This document shows, piece by piece, positions 8,567-17,760 of a stretch of 64,000 nucleotides of DNA (positions are counted from its first letter, which is position 1; every line of letters begins with the position of its first letter). Location: contig CAZLGP010000238.1 in the NCBI GenBank assembly GCA_964558905.1, positions 8,231 to 72,230 on the forward strand, given 5' to 3'. The notes beneath the pieces are model-generated. The model was not told the origin of the DNA and did not search any database. It was given only the letters and a program-made list of their open reading frames with translations. The translations under genes were made by a program, and so were the position numbers. This DNA comes from an uncultured Thermoanaerobaculia bacterium. Lineage in GTDB: Bacteria; Acidobacteriota; Thermoanaerobaculia; Gp7-AA8.

Positions 8567-10417
8567 TCACGCTTCGGCAAGGGCTGCTTGTTGACCTCTC
8601 GGTTTAAGTGATCCAAGTTTCGAGCCGAGCGATCGACGTATCGCAAAATCCAAGTGATACCGCGGCATGATGGCCGCCGTAAGCGCTTCCTCGGAAAGCG
8701 CCCGCCTGATGTCCTCTCCTGACCACTGGCTCGCCCCTTCGAGTGATTGAACACCCATCACTGCTTCGACGAGACTCTGTTCAAACCATTCCGTTACGAC
8801 CTCCTCAACCGTTGGGCGCGCTCCTGGCCCGTCGGAGTACAGCTTGCAGAAACGCTCAACCATGTCGTGGAAGACGCGAAAGTCTCCGTTGATCTGCAGA
8901 AGGTTCTGCTCTTTGAGATAGGTCGCGGCCCGATCGTCAAGAAATCCAGGCTGACGGGTGCCGTCTTGAACACGTACCCACATCACGGCGGGAAAGGGGT
9001 CAGCCTTTATTTTCAGAGCGGGATCGCCGGTTTGTGTTGCAAAAGCTGCGTAGACATTCCCAGCGCGACCACCGCTAGACCCGCCACCACCTTCACTGGG
9101 CTCGCGTGCTCCACTCCCATCTCGCGCCGTTCTTCCGCCCCGGCGGGGCACGTCATCGTCAACGAAGAACGATCCGGCTGGAGACGGCCGGTAGCGACTC
9201 AGTCGAAAGAGGTCTGCAATCTGCTTCAGACGCTCCCGAATGCTTTGGGCGTGGTCGCGGTTGACTCCTGCCGCTGCCGCTTCCTCGATGACGGCGCGCA
9301 CTTCGGGAGGAAGACTGTCGCGAAATTCAGAGGCCCAGTCCGCCCAAGGTAACGGATCGCTATTCAGCAGCAGCTGAGTGCGCGCGGTAGTGGGGCTCAG
9401 TTCGGTGCCGGTTCCAGGTTTCGGTTCGACGTAGATGACAACTCGGTTGTAGCCTAGGATTACCCCAAACTGCTGCAGGCGGGCAACTCCCGACCGGGAC
9501 GTCTCAATTTCATACAGTTCATCGCGATAAAGAGCAGCGACGTGGCCGCTCGAATTGATGAACCCTGAGTTTTGGCTTAGCGCGGATTCGTCTCTCAGCA
9601 CCCACCAGTGGGCTATGGCGTTTGAGAGGCTCACGTCCCCTTTCCCTGAGGCGTGATCGTCGAGATAGGCTTGCTGCCCAATAACGTTTCGGAGAAGGTT
9701 GCGGTCACCGTCGATACGGGGGTTCTCCCAACCTTCGCGTGCTTTAACTGTGACGCCGGCCGGGAATGTGAAGTAGCGCGTGTTCAGATACTTCGCGATC
9801 CACCTTGAAGGACTAGCCGTGCCAATCGGCGCCCGCATCGTGTGTTCATCGTCCGCGTTTCCAAGGAGAACCACCATCGTCCCGTGATCGCCAAGAATGT
9901 CGGGTTTCACTGAGTTTTCAATTGGGAGCCAATCGTTGAAAGTTCCGTCTGGAAGTTCGAACCGGCGGAGTCCGTACTGGCCGGTTCGAGGGTCGCGCCA
10001 GAGGTGGATCATGGCGCCTGCGCCACCGGTCCACGACAGGTACATGAGCCCCACATGGTTTCGCGTCGCCGCCGCAATCTTGGCGCCCACACCGAAGTTC
10101 CCGTCATGCGACTGAAGGGTGCTCGAGGAAGACAGTTGATTGATGTATTTCACCATCTCCGGCCCCGTCATCCCAATCCCGGTGTCAATGACGGCCAACT
10201 TGTAGATGCCGTCCCGTTCAAGGTCAAACTTCGTCCAGTCAACATCCCATCGGATCTCGCCGCGCGGGTCAGGCAGCTTGAGGATTGCTTCGATGCTGTT
10301 CTGCGTCAGCTCACGAACAAACTGAAGCGGAGCGCAATCCCGACCAAGGCGGTCGAGCATGAAGCCCATGTTGTCGATGGTGAGGGGAGATGTCTCGCGG
10401 GAAAGCTGTTTCGACAT
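8567..10417 (-). CDS. GHKL (Bergerat-fold) ATPase, MORC/HATPase_c_3-like, 616 aa
   Basis: ORF trimmed to the ATG at 10417, with AAGGAG 7-12 nt upstream. N-box FVRELTQNSIEA, G1 box AVIDTGIGM, G2 box GNFGVGAK. The long C-terminal region has no domain I recognise. Confidence 0.8.
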   Translation of the reverse strand: MSKQLSRETSPLTIDNMGFMLDRLGRDCAPLQFVRELTQNSIEAILKLPDPRGEIRWDVDWTKFDLERDGIYKLAVIDTGIGMTGPEMVKYINQLSSSSTLQSHDGNFGVGAKIAAATRNHVGLMYLSWTGGAGAMIHLWRDPRTGQYGLRRFELPDGTFNDWLPIENSVKPDILGDHGTMVVLLGNADDEHTMRAPIGTASPSRWIAKYLNTRYFTFPAGVTVKAREGWENPRIDGDRNLLRNVIGQQAYLDDHASGKGDVSLSNAIAHWWVLRDESALSQNSGFINSSGHVAALYRDELYEIETSRSGVARLQQFGVILGYNRVVIYVEPKPGTGTELSPTTARTQLLLNSDPLPWADWASEFRDSLPPEVRAVIEEAAAAGVNRDHAQSIRERLKQIADLFRLSRYRPSPAGSFFVDDDVPRRGGRTARDGSGAREPSEGGGGSSGGRAGNVYAAFATQTGDPALKIKADPFPAVMWVRVQDGTRQPGFLDDRAATYLKEQNLLQINGDFRVFHDMVERFCKLYSDGPGARPTVEEVVTEWFEQSLVEAVMGVQSLEGASQWSGEDIRRALSEEALTAAIMPRYHLDFAIRRSLGSKLGSLKPRGQQAALAEA

Positions 10418-11163
10418 GGTCAACTCCTTGTGAGAGGTAGGATTGCGACCTCTCGCTTGAAGGTGGAGCCGTGATGAAGCAGCAAAATGGGAGGCGACGC
10501 GCCTGCGACTAGCTGCAGCAACACTGCACCGGGTTGTGCGAATTGTACACCGGCTTCGCTTCGACACTCGCGACGCCCAACTTGATTTCGGTCGGCCCTG
10601 GACCGCGTTTCCGCAGCGTAGCACGGCCCAGGGCCATCAAGACGCCGGCGGTCATGCGACTCATGGCAGGTCCAGGGCTCGGTACGCCGCGGGCGCCGCA
10701 GGGTCATGGACGTGCGCCGAGACTCCATCGGTGGTCGTCGCCTCTACGCGTGGTGGAGCACCGCCGCGTGAGTTGTTAGATAAGGCGTTATGCGACGTTG
10801 CCAGGAGAGGTGCGGATAACGCGTGATGCAACGGCCTTCGGCGGCGGGCACTCCGGCGCTCGAGTGAGACTGGAATCCTCGCGTCGCGAGGACATTGGTC
10901 CGCGCGATGTGAGGTTCAGTGCCGGAGATCACCGGAGAGCACCGGAGATCATAAGGTCCCGCACCCCCTCCCTCCGCATCTGAGGCACTGCCCGGAGTCG
11001 TGGTCGCTTCTTCGGGGATCGGCGACTGCTTGTCAACCCCTCGTTTGACCGTGTCCTGAGGCGGACCAAGCCGGCGGTGCGGGCCAGGCGGCTGTGGCGG
11101 CGCCGGACTCGTAGGTCCGGCGCCGTGCATCTCAGCGGAAAGTAGTGGTCTCCTGGCGAGCCG

Positions 11164-11334
11164 TCATAGCGTCCCGAGGGCATGCAGCACTTCTTGAAAA
11201 CGCCTCCCGGAGCCGCAGGGGCAGGGGTCGTTGCGGCCGAGCTTTTCGAGCAGCTCTTTGTCGCCGTGGACGATCCGGATGCCGCGCTTCACGCGGGTTT
11301 CGGACGGATAGCCTTTCCGGCGTTTGCTGCTCAC
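11164..11334 (-). CDS. Small SEC-C motif protein, probably frameshifted at the motif
   Basis: (V)[56 protein letters not shown] 1-nt shift after GSGRR would read [13 protein letters not shown], completing the canonical CPCGSGxxFKKCC motif. Confidence 0.45.
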   Translation of the reverse strand: MSSKRRKGYPSETRVKRGIRIVHGDKELLEKLGRNDPCPCGSGRRFQEVLHALGTL

Positions 11335-11448
11335 TTCAAAAGCAGAGATCCTCGTGGTTCTTACGCATGATGTGCCTCCTTGCCCATTGTGGGCGCGAGA
11401 GGATCGCACACATCGCCCCGCGCGCACCACCACCACCTCCATCGTGAT

Positions 11449-11535
11449 GCGGAAGGACGCAGGTCGGATGCAGGTCGGAATGATGAGTATGGGTGATGAG
11501 TGCGAGGGGGCGATCCCACTCATCACTCATCACTC
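11449..11535. repeat. Hairpin of tandem GATGAGT-type heptamers
   Basis: gaatgatgagtatgggtgatgagtgcgagggggcgatcccactcatcactcatcactctcat; the arms are reverse complements. Confidence 0.75.
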
Positions 11536-11628
11536 TCATGCCTTCCCGCTGGAGCGCGGCCGCCGGACAATCGTAAACGCGGCGCGGTGCTCCTCCCTCG
11601 TCCTCCAGGCGAGTGATAGCATCCGTTC

Positions 11629-11859
11629 ATGCCAGTCGCGGCAGACAGAGATGAGCTCCGAGCATGGATCGCGGGTCACGAGATCGCGAACGGGCGGCAA
11701 CGCGATCGGGTGGCGGCGATGAGTGCTGATGAGAAGCTTCGCCAGATCAGCCGGCTGATGGCCTCTGCGAGCCTGTTCGACATGTCGCGTCGCGCCGCGG
11801 GCGATCGTGCTGTGATCGAGCTGTGGCAACGGTTGCGGGCGCGCTGGCCGAGAGCCTAA
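11629..11859 (+). CDS. Hypothetical small protein, coupled to the downstream nucleotidyltransferase (possible antitoxin-like partner)
   Basis: 76-aa ORF. Its stop overlaps the next start (TAATG). Confidence 0.5.
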   Translation: MPVAADRDELRAWIAGHEIANGRQRDRVAAMSADEKLRQISRLMASASLFDMSRRAAGDRAVIELWQRLRARWPRA

Positions 11860-12428
11860 TGACGGCACAGGACGAACACCTGCGCGAGACTCTCGCCGAT
11901 CTCATGCGGTGGATCTCGGCGGAGCGACTCGAGGCAACGGTGATTGGGGGCATTGCCGCCGGCCTGCATGGACAACCACGGCTCACGGAGGACGTTGACG
12001 CCGTCGTTCTCGGCGCAGATGCGGAAGGGCTTGTCGCATCGGGGAAGCTGTATGGGTTCGAGCCACGCATTGCGGACGCTCTGGAGTTCTCGCGGCGCAC
12101 GCGCGTTCTACTGCTGCGACATCGATCCGGTGTGGATCTCGACGTGTCGTTGGGTGCCCTGCCCTTCGAGAAGGAAGTGATCGAGCGGGCCAGAGTGATC
12201 GATGCGGGAGGTCTCCAGATCAGCGTGGCTGCTCCGGAGGACATCATCATCATGAAGGCACTGGCGCGGCGTCCTCAGGATATCGCGGACATCGCCGGAA
12301 TCATCGAAGTTCAAACCGACCTCGATGTCGACCGGATTCGTCGCTGGGTGCGCGAGTTTTCCGCCATCCTCGAAATGCCGGAGATTCTCGACGATCTGGA
12401 GTTGTTGTTGCGCCGCAGAAGTCTCTGA
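11858..12428 (+). CDS. Nucleotidyltransferase-fold protein (MNT / DUF6036-like)
   Basis: ATG at 11858 (MTAQDEHLRE...). VIGGIAAGLHGQPRLTEDVDAVV is the GG-x(n)-D-x-D minimal nucleotidyltransferase motif. Confidence 0.7.
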
Positions 12429-12460
12429 CTGGTCGAGCGAATGGCCATCAACGTCGTCAC
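12299..12460 (+). repeat. Direct repeat copy 1 (functional 3' end of the nucleotidyltransferase gene)
   Basis: ~162 bp, roughly 90% identical by eye to 13289-13451. Confidence 0.85.
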
Positions 12461-12479
12461 GCGTACCTCCTCCCCCCAC

Positions 12480-12516
12480 GGAGCCCTACCCAGCACTCAG
12501 CACCCAGCACTCAGCA
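12480..12516. repeat. Tandem heptamer tract (CAGCACT/CAGCACC), same family as 25338-25398 and 51761-51849
   Basis: cccagcactcagcacccagcactcagcactcc, between convergent genes. Confidence 0.75.
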
Positions 12517-12522
12517 CTCCCG

Positions 12523-13305
12523 TCACCGCCCCTGCAGCTTGCGCAGCGCGGCCTGCTTGAGCTGCATGTTCGTCCCTCCGCGGGCGATGGCCCGCACCTC
12601 GGAGTCGGGGAGGGTGGGGAGGATGCGCAGGGCGAAGGCGGGCGGGGTCTTGGGGTTGTGGACGAGACCGGTGCGGACGTCAAGGCTCGACATCCACTGG
12701 GTCGCCTTCATGATCACCTCGGCGATCTGGTAGGTGAGGAACGACGACTTCGCCAGTCGCGCGACCTCGTCCACGGTGAGTCTGGGGTTGCGCAGCAGGG
12801 AGAGGAGCACGCGGGGGTCGTTGTCCTGGAGGAGGAGCGCGCGCTCGGCGCGGTCGGCTTTCACGGCCAGGAGGATCTTCTCCATTTGCGAGAGCGTGCG
12901 CATGCGATCCCAGGCGTTCCCGGGCTTCTCGTCGACGGCCGCCTCGTCGATGGCCACGGGCTTCGTCATGAGGCGCGCGAGCCGCTCGCCGGCGTCGCCG
13001 TCGATCGCGAGAGCGAGTCCGTCGGCGAGGGTGCCGACTACGGTCGCCTTGGTGTACGCCTCTCCTCCCCACGGTCCGCGCAGCGTCACGAGCAGCGTCG
13101 TGTGCAACGGGACGCTCTCCGTCGTCGGAAGGCGGAGTGCGCCGAGGGAGAGGTTGGCGGCGTGCTCGGCGCGGAGCTCGTCTTCGCTCTCGAGCTCCGC
13201 GGTGAAGGCGGCGGTTCCGGTGCGCTCGACCTTCACTCGGGCGTCACCCGATCGGCGATTCGCATCGGCGCATCGTAGCTGAAGGACGGAATCATCGACG
13301 TTCAA
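12523..13305 (-). CDS. PilZ-like N-terminal domain protein with C-terminal helical-repeat region (start uncertain; ORF open to 13440)
   Basis: Near-canonical PilZ motifs ANRRSGDAR and NLSLGA. C-terminal repeats LLLQDNDPRVLLSLLRNPRLTVDEVARLAK ... GLVHNPKTPPAFALRILPTL. The first in-frame canonical ATG (13440) lies inside the antisense of the duplicated NTase fragment; a TTG at 13305 is an alternative. Confidence 0.6.
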   Translation of the reverse strand: MNVDDSVLQLRCADANRRSGDARVKVERTGTAAFTAELESEDELRAEHAANLSLGALRLPTTESVPLHTTLLVTLRGPWGGEAYTKATVVGTLADGLALAIDGDAGERLARLMTKPVAIDEAAVDEKPGNAWDRMRTLSQMEKILLAVKADRAERALLLQDNDPRVLLSLLRNPRLTVDEVARLAKSSFLTYQIAEVIMKATQWMSSLDVRTGLVHNPKTPPAFALRILPTLPDSEVRAIARGGTNMQLKQAALRKLQGR

Positions 13306-13451
13306 ACCGATCTCGATATCGACCGGATTCGTCGCTGGGTGCGCGAGTTTTCCGCCATCCTCGAATGCCGGAGATTCTCGACGAACTGGAGTTGTTGTTA
13401 CGCCGCAGAAGACTCTCACTTTTCGGCGAACGGCCATCAACTCGTCGTCAC
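13289..13451 (+). pseudogene. Direct repeat copy 2: duplicated, frameshifted 3' end of the nucleotidyltransferase gene
   Basis: Aligns to 12299-12460. A 1-nt deletion (cctcgaaatgccgg becomes cctcgaatgccgg) breaks the frame. No upstream gene body. Confidence 0.8.
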
Positions 13452-13621
13452 ACCATCACTCATCACCGTAGGGCGAGTCCTACGGAAGGTTGCGGCAGAC
13501 GCCGACGGCGTCCATCTGTCCGCCGGAGTACCGTTCGATTTGCAGAGAATCTTAAGGAGTTAGGTCTAGTCCCATCGAAGGGGTGTGGCTTCGCCAGCCT
13601 TCATCGCCGGCCAGACCAATC

Positions 13622-14098
13622 ATGTCAGTCGCGGATCGAGACGCCATGTCGACGCTGGTCGTTTTCGAAGTGGAAGGGCTGCGCCTCGCGCTTCCGCTGG
13701 ATCAGGTGTTGCGGGTCGTGCGGAGCGTGGAGATCACGCCCTTGCCGGCCGGCCCCGAGATCGTGCGCGGTGTGATCAACCTGCATGGAGAGGTTGTTGC
13801 GGTGATCGACGCGCGGCTCCGTTTCCGCCTGCCACAACGGCCCCTGTCGATCCACGACCAATTCGTCATCGCCCGCGCCAGGGAGAGGATCCTGGCGCTC
13901 ATCGTCGATTCGGTCGACGGCATTCGTGAGTGCCCACCCGAGGATGGAGCGAAGGGGGATGCGATCGTGCCGGGTCTCGAATATGTCTCCGGCGTGGTCC
14001 GGCTCGGCGACGGGCTGGTCGTGATCCACGACCTCGACACCTTTCTATCACTGGCGGAGGGGCGCGATCTCGACCGCGCGCTGGCGCAGCATGGGTAG
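13622..14098 (+). CDS. cheW: CheW-like coupling protein
   Basis: LVVFEVEGLRLALPLDQVLRVV...GVINLHGEVVAVIDARLRF...LIVDSVDGI...VIHDLD is a typical CheW domain. Confidence 0.9.
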   Translation: MSVADRDAMSTLVVFEVEGLRLALPLDQVLRVVRSVEITPLPAGPEIVRGVINLHGEVVAVIDARLRFRLPQRPLSIHDQFVIARARERILALIVDSVDGIRECPPEDGAKGDAIVPGLEYVSGVVRLGDGLVVIHDLDTFLSLAEGRDLDRALAQHG

Positions 14099-15674
14099 GA
14101 CTGCGCCGCTGTCGCTCCCGAGCCAGTGCGTCTCCGCGGTCGGCAAGCTGGTGAGCGCGACGATGGGCCTGCACTTTCCAGCCGAGCGAGCGGCAGACCT
14201 GGAGCGTGCGCTCACTGGTGCCGCACGCGATGCCGGTTGCAGTACCGTCGTCTACGCGAACGCCTTGCTCCGCGAAGCCCGCATCGGTGGCGCAGAAGCG
14301 CGTCGGCTGCTCGAGGCGCTGGCCGGTCACATCACCGTCGGCGAGACCTACTTCTTTCGCGAGCCCTCCGCGCTTGCGGTCTTCGAAGGCGAGATTCTTC
14401 CCGAGCTGATTCGCGCGCGCAGCGCGGATCGGCGCATCCGCATCTGGAGCGCGGGCTGCTGCACCGGCGAGGAGCCGTATACGATCGCGATGATTCTCGA
14501 CCGGCTTCTCGGGGACGCCGACGACTGGAACATCAGCATTCTCGCCACTGACATCACCCCCCGGTTCCTTCACAAGGCCGTCGATGGCGTGTACGGAGAG
14601 TGGTCCTTTCGCGGGATGCCACCGGAAGCGCGCGCGCGGTGGTTCCGGAAGAGAGCGGACGGCCGCTGGCAACTGCGCGAGAGCATTCGCAGAAAGGTCA
14701 CCTTTTCCTGTTTGAATCTCGCCGCGGACTCCTACCCGTCACTGCTCAGCGGCACGAACGCGATGGACGTCGTGTTCTGCCGCAACGTCTTCATCTACCT
14801 CGCGCCGGCGCAATCGAAGGAAGTGGCGCGGAAGCTCCATGACTCGCTCGTCGACGGTGGCTGGTTGATCGTCGGCGTGGCCGAAGCGTCGCCGGAGATT
14901 TTCGCACCGTTCTGCGCGGTGCCGACGACGGGCGGAACGCTGTATCGGAAGGGCGAGCATCGCGGCGACCGTGCTTGCCAGGTGTCGGGGAGTCTGCGCG
15001 GTAGAACGTCAGGCGCGTTGCGCCGCCCGAAGCCGCGACCCTCGAGTGCATCCGTGAAGTCCCGTGAGGCGGAGCAACCAGCGCTGCCGGCCGTGCCGGC
15101 TGGCGTCCATCCCCCGACCGGCCCGAAGCCGGTCGCGGCGTCTCCAGGAACGCGCACCCCCGCTGGCCTGCTCCGACCTTCGCCCGGAAGGCGAAAACAG
15201 CGAGCTGCCGCGGCGCAACCGGCGGATCGTGCCGCGCGCAGTCACGAGTTGCTGGCGTCCGCCCGGCGCTCCGCGAGCGAGGGGAAGCTACGCGATGCGG
15301 CGGAGTGGTGTGGGCGCGCCGTCGAGGCCGACAAGATGAACCCAGCGACCTACTATCTTCTCTCCGCGATTCAGAGCGAGCTGGGGGAGCAGGATGCGGC
15401 CGGCCGTTCGCTGAGTCGCGCCCTCTACGTGGACGACGGATTCGTTCTCGCGCATTTCGGCCTGGCGAACCTCGATCTCGCGCGAGGACGAAGGACCTCG
15501 GCGAAACGCCACCTCACCAACGCGCTCGTCGCACTCCGCGGGCATGCGAACGAGGAGATCCTCCCGGAATCCGACGGACTGACCATGGGGCGCCTGAAGG
15601 AGATCGTCACCACGCTCCTCGCCGCCATCGCGTCTAACCATCCGCGGGCAATTGACGAGGGCGCAGGCGAATGA
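14091..15674 (+). CDS. cheR: CheR-type MCP methyltransferase with C-terminal TPR region (WspC-like)
   Basis: ETYFFREPSALAVF, IRIWSAGCCTGEEPYTIAMIL, VFCRNVFIYL. C-terminal helical repeats NPATYYLLSAIQSELGEQDAA. 8-nt overlap with cheW. Confidence 0.9.
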   Translation: MGRTAPLSLPSQCVSAVGKLVSATMGLHFPAERAADLERALTGAARDAGCSTVVYANALLREARIGGAEARRLLEALAGHITVGETYFFREPSALAVFEGEILPELIRARSADRRIRIWSAGCCTGEEPYTIAMILDRLLGDADDWNISILATDITPRFLHKAVDGVYGEWSFRGMPPEARARWFRKRADGRWQLRESIRRKVTFSCLNLAADSYPSLLSGTNAMDVVFCRNVFIYLAPAQSKEVARKLHDSLVDGGWLIVGVAEASPEIFAPFCAVPTTGGTLYRKGEHRGDRACQVSGSLRGRTSGALRRPKPRPSSASVKSREAEQPALPAVPAGVHPPTGPKPVAASPGTRTPAGLLRPSPGRRKQRAAAAQPADRAARSHELLASARRSASEGKLRDAAEWCGRAVEADKMNPATYYLLSAIQSELGEQDAAGRSLSRALYVDDGFVLAHFGLANLDLARGRRTSAKRHLTNALVALRGHANEEILPESDGLTMGRLKEIVTTLLAAIASNHPRAIDEGAGE

Positions 15675-16279
15675 CGGTGGAGCGCAAGGGGCCGATCGAC
15701 TGGCGCAGCGTCAGGGAAACCGTGGCGCGAATGGGCGCAGCGTCCGAGGCTACGTGGATACCGGCAGTCGCGGAGACGAAACGCATTCTGAGACGGCGCG
15801 CGGCCCTCCTGGCAGTGGCTGAGGAAGGGGAAGCTTCGGGCCCGACGATCGCGGTCGTCGCCTTCACCCTGGCCAGCGAGTGTTACTGCATCGAGGCGTC
15901 TTACGTCCGGGAGGTCCGGTCCCTGACCGAGTTGACGTCTCTACCGGGCACTCCTCCCTTCGTTCTCGGAATCGTGAACCTGCGAGGAGAAATCGTCTCG
16001 GTGGTCGACATCGGCAGTTTCTTCGACCTGCCTCGCTCCGGGTTGACCGACAGGACGAAGATTCTCGTGCTCAGCTCTGCGGAGATGGTGTTCGCCATCG
16101 CTGCAGATGCCTTGCCTGGGACGTGGCAACTGCGCACGTCGGAGATCCAACCCGTTCCTTCCACCTTCACCGGCGTGCGTGAGAAGTACCTGCTCGGCAT
16201 CACCGGCGAGCGCCTCATCGTCCTCGACGGCGCGCGCCTGCTTCATGACGAATCCATCGTCGTCCGGCAGGACCTCTAG
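15671..16279 (+). CDS. cheW: CheW-like coupling protein (second copy)
   Basis: ATGA overlap with cheR. VAFTLASECYCIEASYVREV...GIVNLRGEIVSVVDIGSFF. Confidence 0.88.
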   Translation: MTVERKGPIDWRSVRETVARMGAASEATWIPAVAETKRILRRRAALLAVAEEGEASGPTIAVVAFTLASECYCIEASYVREVRSLTELTSLPGTPPFVLGIVNLRGEIVSVVDIGSFFDLPRSGLTDRTKILVLSSAEMVFAIAADALPGTWQLRTSEIQPVPSTFTGVREKYLLGITGERLIVLDGARLLHDESIVVRQDL

Positions 16280-16292
16280 AAGGAGGCTATGA

Positions 16293-17744
16293 ATGACCAT
16301 TGGCAGAAAGATCATCGCGGGCTATGCGAGCGTGCTGGTGCTGCTCCTGGTCGTGGCGGCCGTCGGGGTCAACTCTCTTGGCACGATGCAGTCGGCCTAT
16401 ACCGAGTTTCTGGACGTCGACATCCGCGCGGTGATCAGCGCCCAGCGGCTCGCCAATGAAGTGGCGGAACAGGTTGGGTATTACCGGGGGTTGGTGGTCT
16501 ATGCCGACCAGCGCGAGCGGATGGAGAACGAGCTGCGGGCGAGCCACAGGCGGTTCGAGACCCTGCTCGAGGACGTGAGACAGACCTCCCGAACGGAGGA
16601 AGCCTCCCGTCTGATCGGAGAGATCGCGGATCTGCATTTGCGGCTGGAGGCGGGACAGGAAAAGGGAGCGCGCCTCGTTCAGCAGGGGAGACGCGAGGAG
16701 GCGGTTGCACTCGGGGAAGAGATGCTTCCACTCACGCGATCGGCGCGGCAGAAGGTCGATCAGTACATCGAGCGCCAGCAGCACCGTCTGCAAGGCGCTC
16801 GCGCGGACGTCACCAGCGGACTCGATCGCACGCTCCTCCAGCTCCTGGCGATCTCGTCGATCACGGTCGTGCTGAGCGTCGTGCTGGCGTGGATCCTCTC
16901 TCGTGCGATCACCCTTCAGCTGCGCGAGACGATCGCGCAGCTCTCCGCGTCCTCGGCGGAGATCCTCGCCACCACCAGTCAGCTGGCCGCGGGTGCCGCC
17001 CAAACCTCCGCGTCGGTCACTGAGACCACGGCCACGGTCGAAGAGGTCAAGCAGACCGCCCAGCTCTCGAGTCAGAAGGCGCGGTACGTCTCCGAGAGCG
17101 CACAGAAGGTCGCCGCCGTCTCCGACACCGGAAGAGACAGCGTCGAAGGGACGATCGACGGTATGCACCGCATTCAGGGACAGATGGAGACGATCGCCGA
17201 GACGATCGTTCGCCTGTCGGAGCAGAGCCAGTCGATCGGCGAGATCATCGCGACGGTGAGCGATCTCGCCGAACAGTCGAATCTTCTCGCCGTCAACGCC
17301 GCGATCGAGGCCGCGCGCGCCGGCGAGCAGGGACGCGGTTTCGCCGTGGTTGCTCGAGAAGTCCGCAGTCTCGCTGACCAGTCGAAGCAGGCCACGACGC
17401 AGGTGCGCTCGATCCTCGGCGAGATCCAGAAGGCCACGACTGCCGCGGTTCTCGCCACCGAGCAGGGACACAAAGCGGTCGAGACGGGCATGACGCAGTC
17501 GGCCTCCGCGGGTGACTCGATCCGCATGCTCGCCGACAGCATCAGCGAAGCCGCGCAGGCTGCGACGCAGATCGCCGCATCCAGCCAGGAGCAGATGGTG
17601 GGGATGGATCAGGTCGCGCTGGCGATGGAGAACATCAAGCGGGCCAGCCTCCAGAGCGTCGCCGGTACGCGTCAGGCGGAGTCGGCCGCGCAGAACCTTC
17701 ACGAGCTCGGTCGCCGCCTCAACGCGATGATCGAGCCGGCGTAG
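16293..17744 (+). CDS. Methyl-accepting chemotaxis protein (2 TM, four-helix-bundle sensor, no obvious HAMP)
   Basis: AGGAGG upstream. Signalling hairpin [46 protein letters not shown]. Confidence 0.92.
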   Translation: MTIGRKIIAGYASVLVLLLVVAAVGVNSLGTMQSAYTEFLDVDIRAVISAQRLANEVAEQVGYYRGLVVYADQRERMENELRASHRRFETLLEDVRQTSRTEEASRLIGEIADLHLRLEAGQEKGARLVQQGRREEAVALGEEMLPLTRSARQKVDQYIERQQHRLQGARADVTSGLDRTLLQLLAISSITVVLSVVLAWILSRAITLQLRETIAQLSASSAEILATTSQLAAGAAQTSASVTETTATVEEVKQTAQLSSQKARYVSESAQKVAAVSDTGRDSVEGTIDGMHRIQGQMETIAETIVRLSEQSQSIGEIIATVSDLAEQSNLLAVNAAIEAARAGEQGRGFAVVAREVRSLADQSKQATTQVRSILGEIQKATTAAVLATEQGHKAVETGMTQSASAGDSIRMLADSISEAAQAATQIAASSQEQMVGMDQVALAMENIKRASLQSVAGTRQAESAAQNLHELGRRLNAMIEPA

Positions 17745-17760
17745 CCGCCGGGGACGGGCG

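Noticed and set aside
10420-11160. 740-bp stretch with several 60-130-aa ORFs on both strands (10420..10728, 10536..10826, 10744..11130, 10929..11183)
   Set aside because: None has a recognisable motif, RBS or sensible composition. I treat the stretch as non-coding or decayed. It contains only a short tandem tract (ccggagatcaccggagagcaccggagatc at ~10920-10950).
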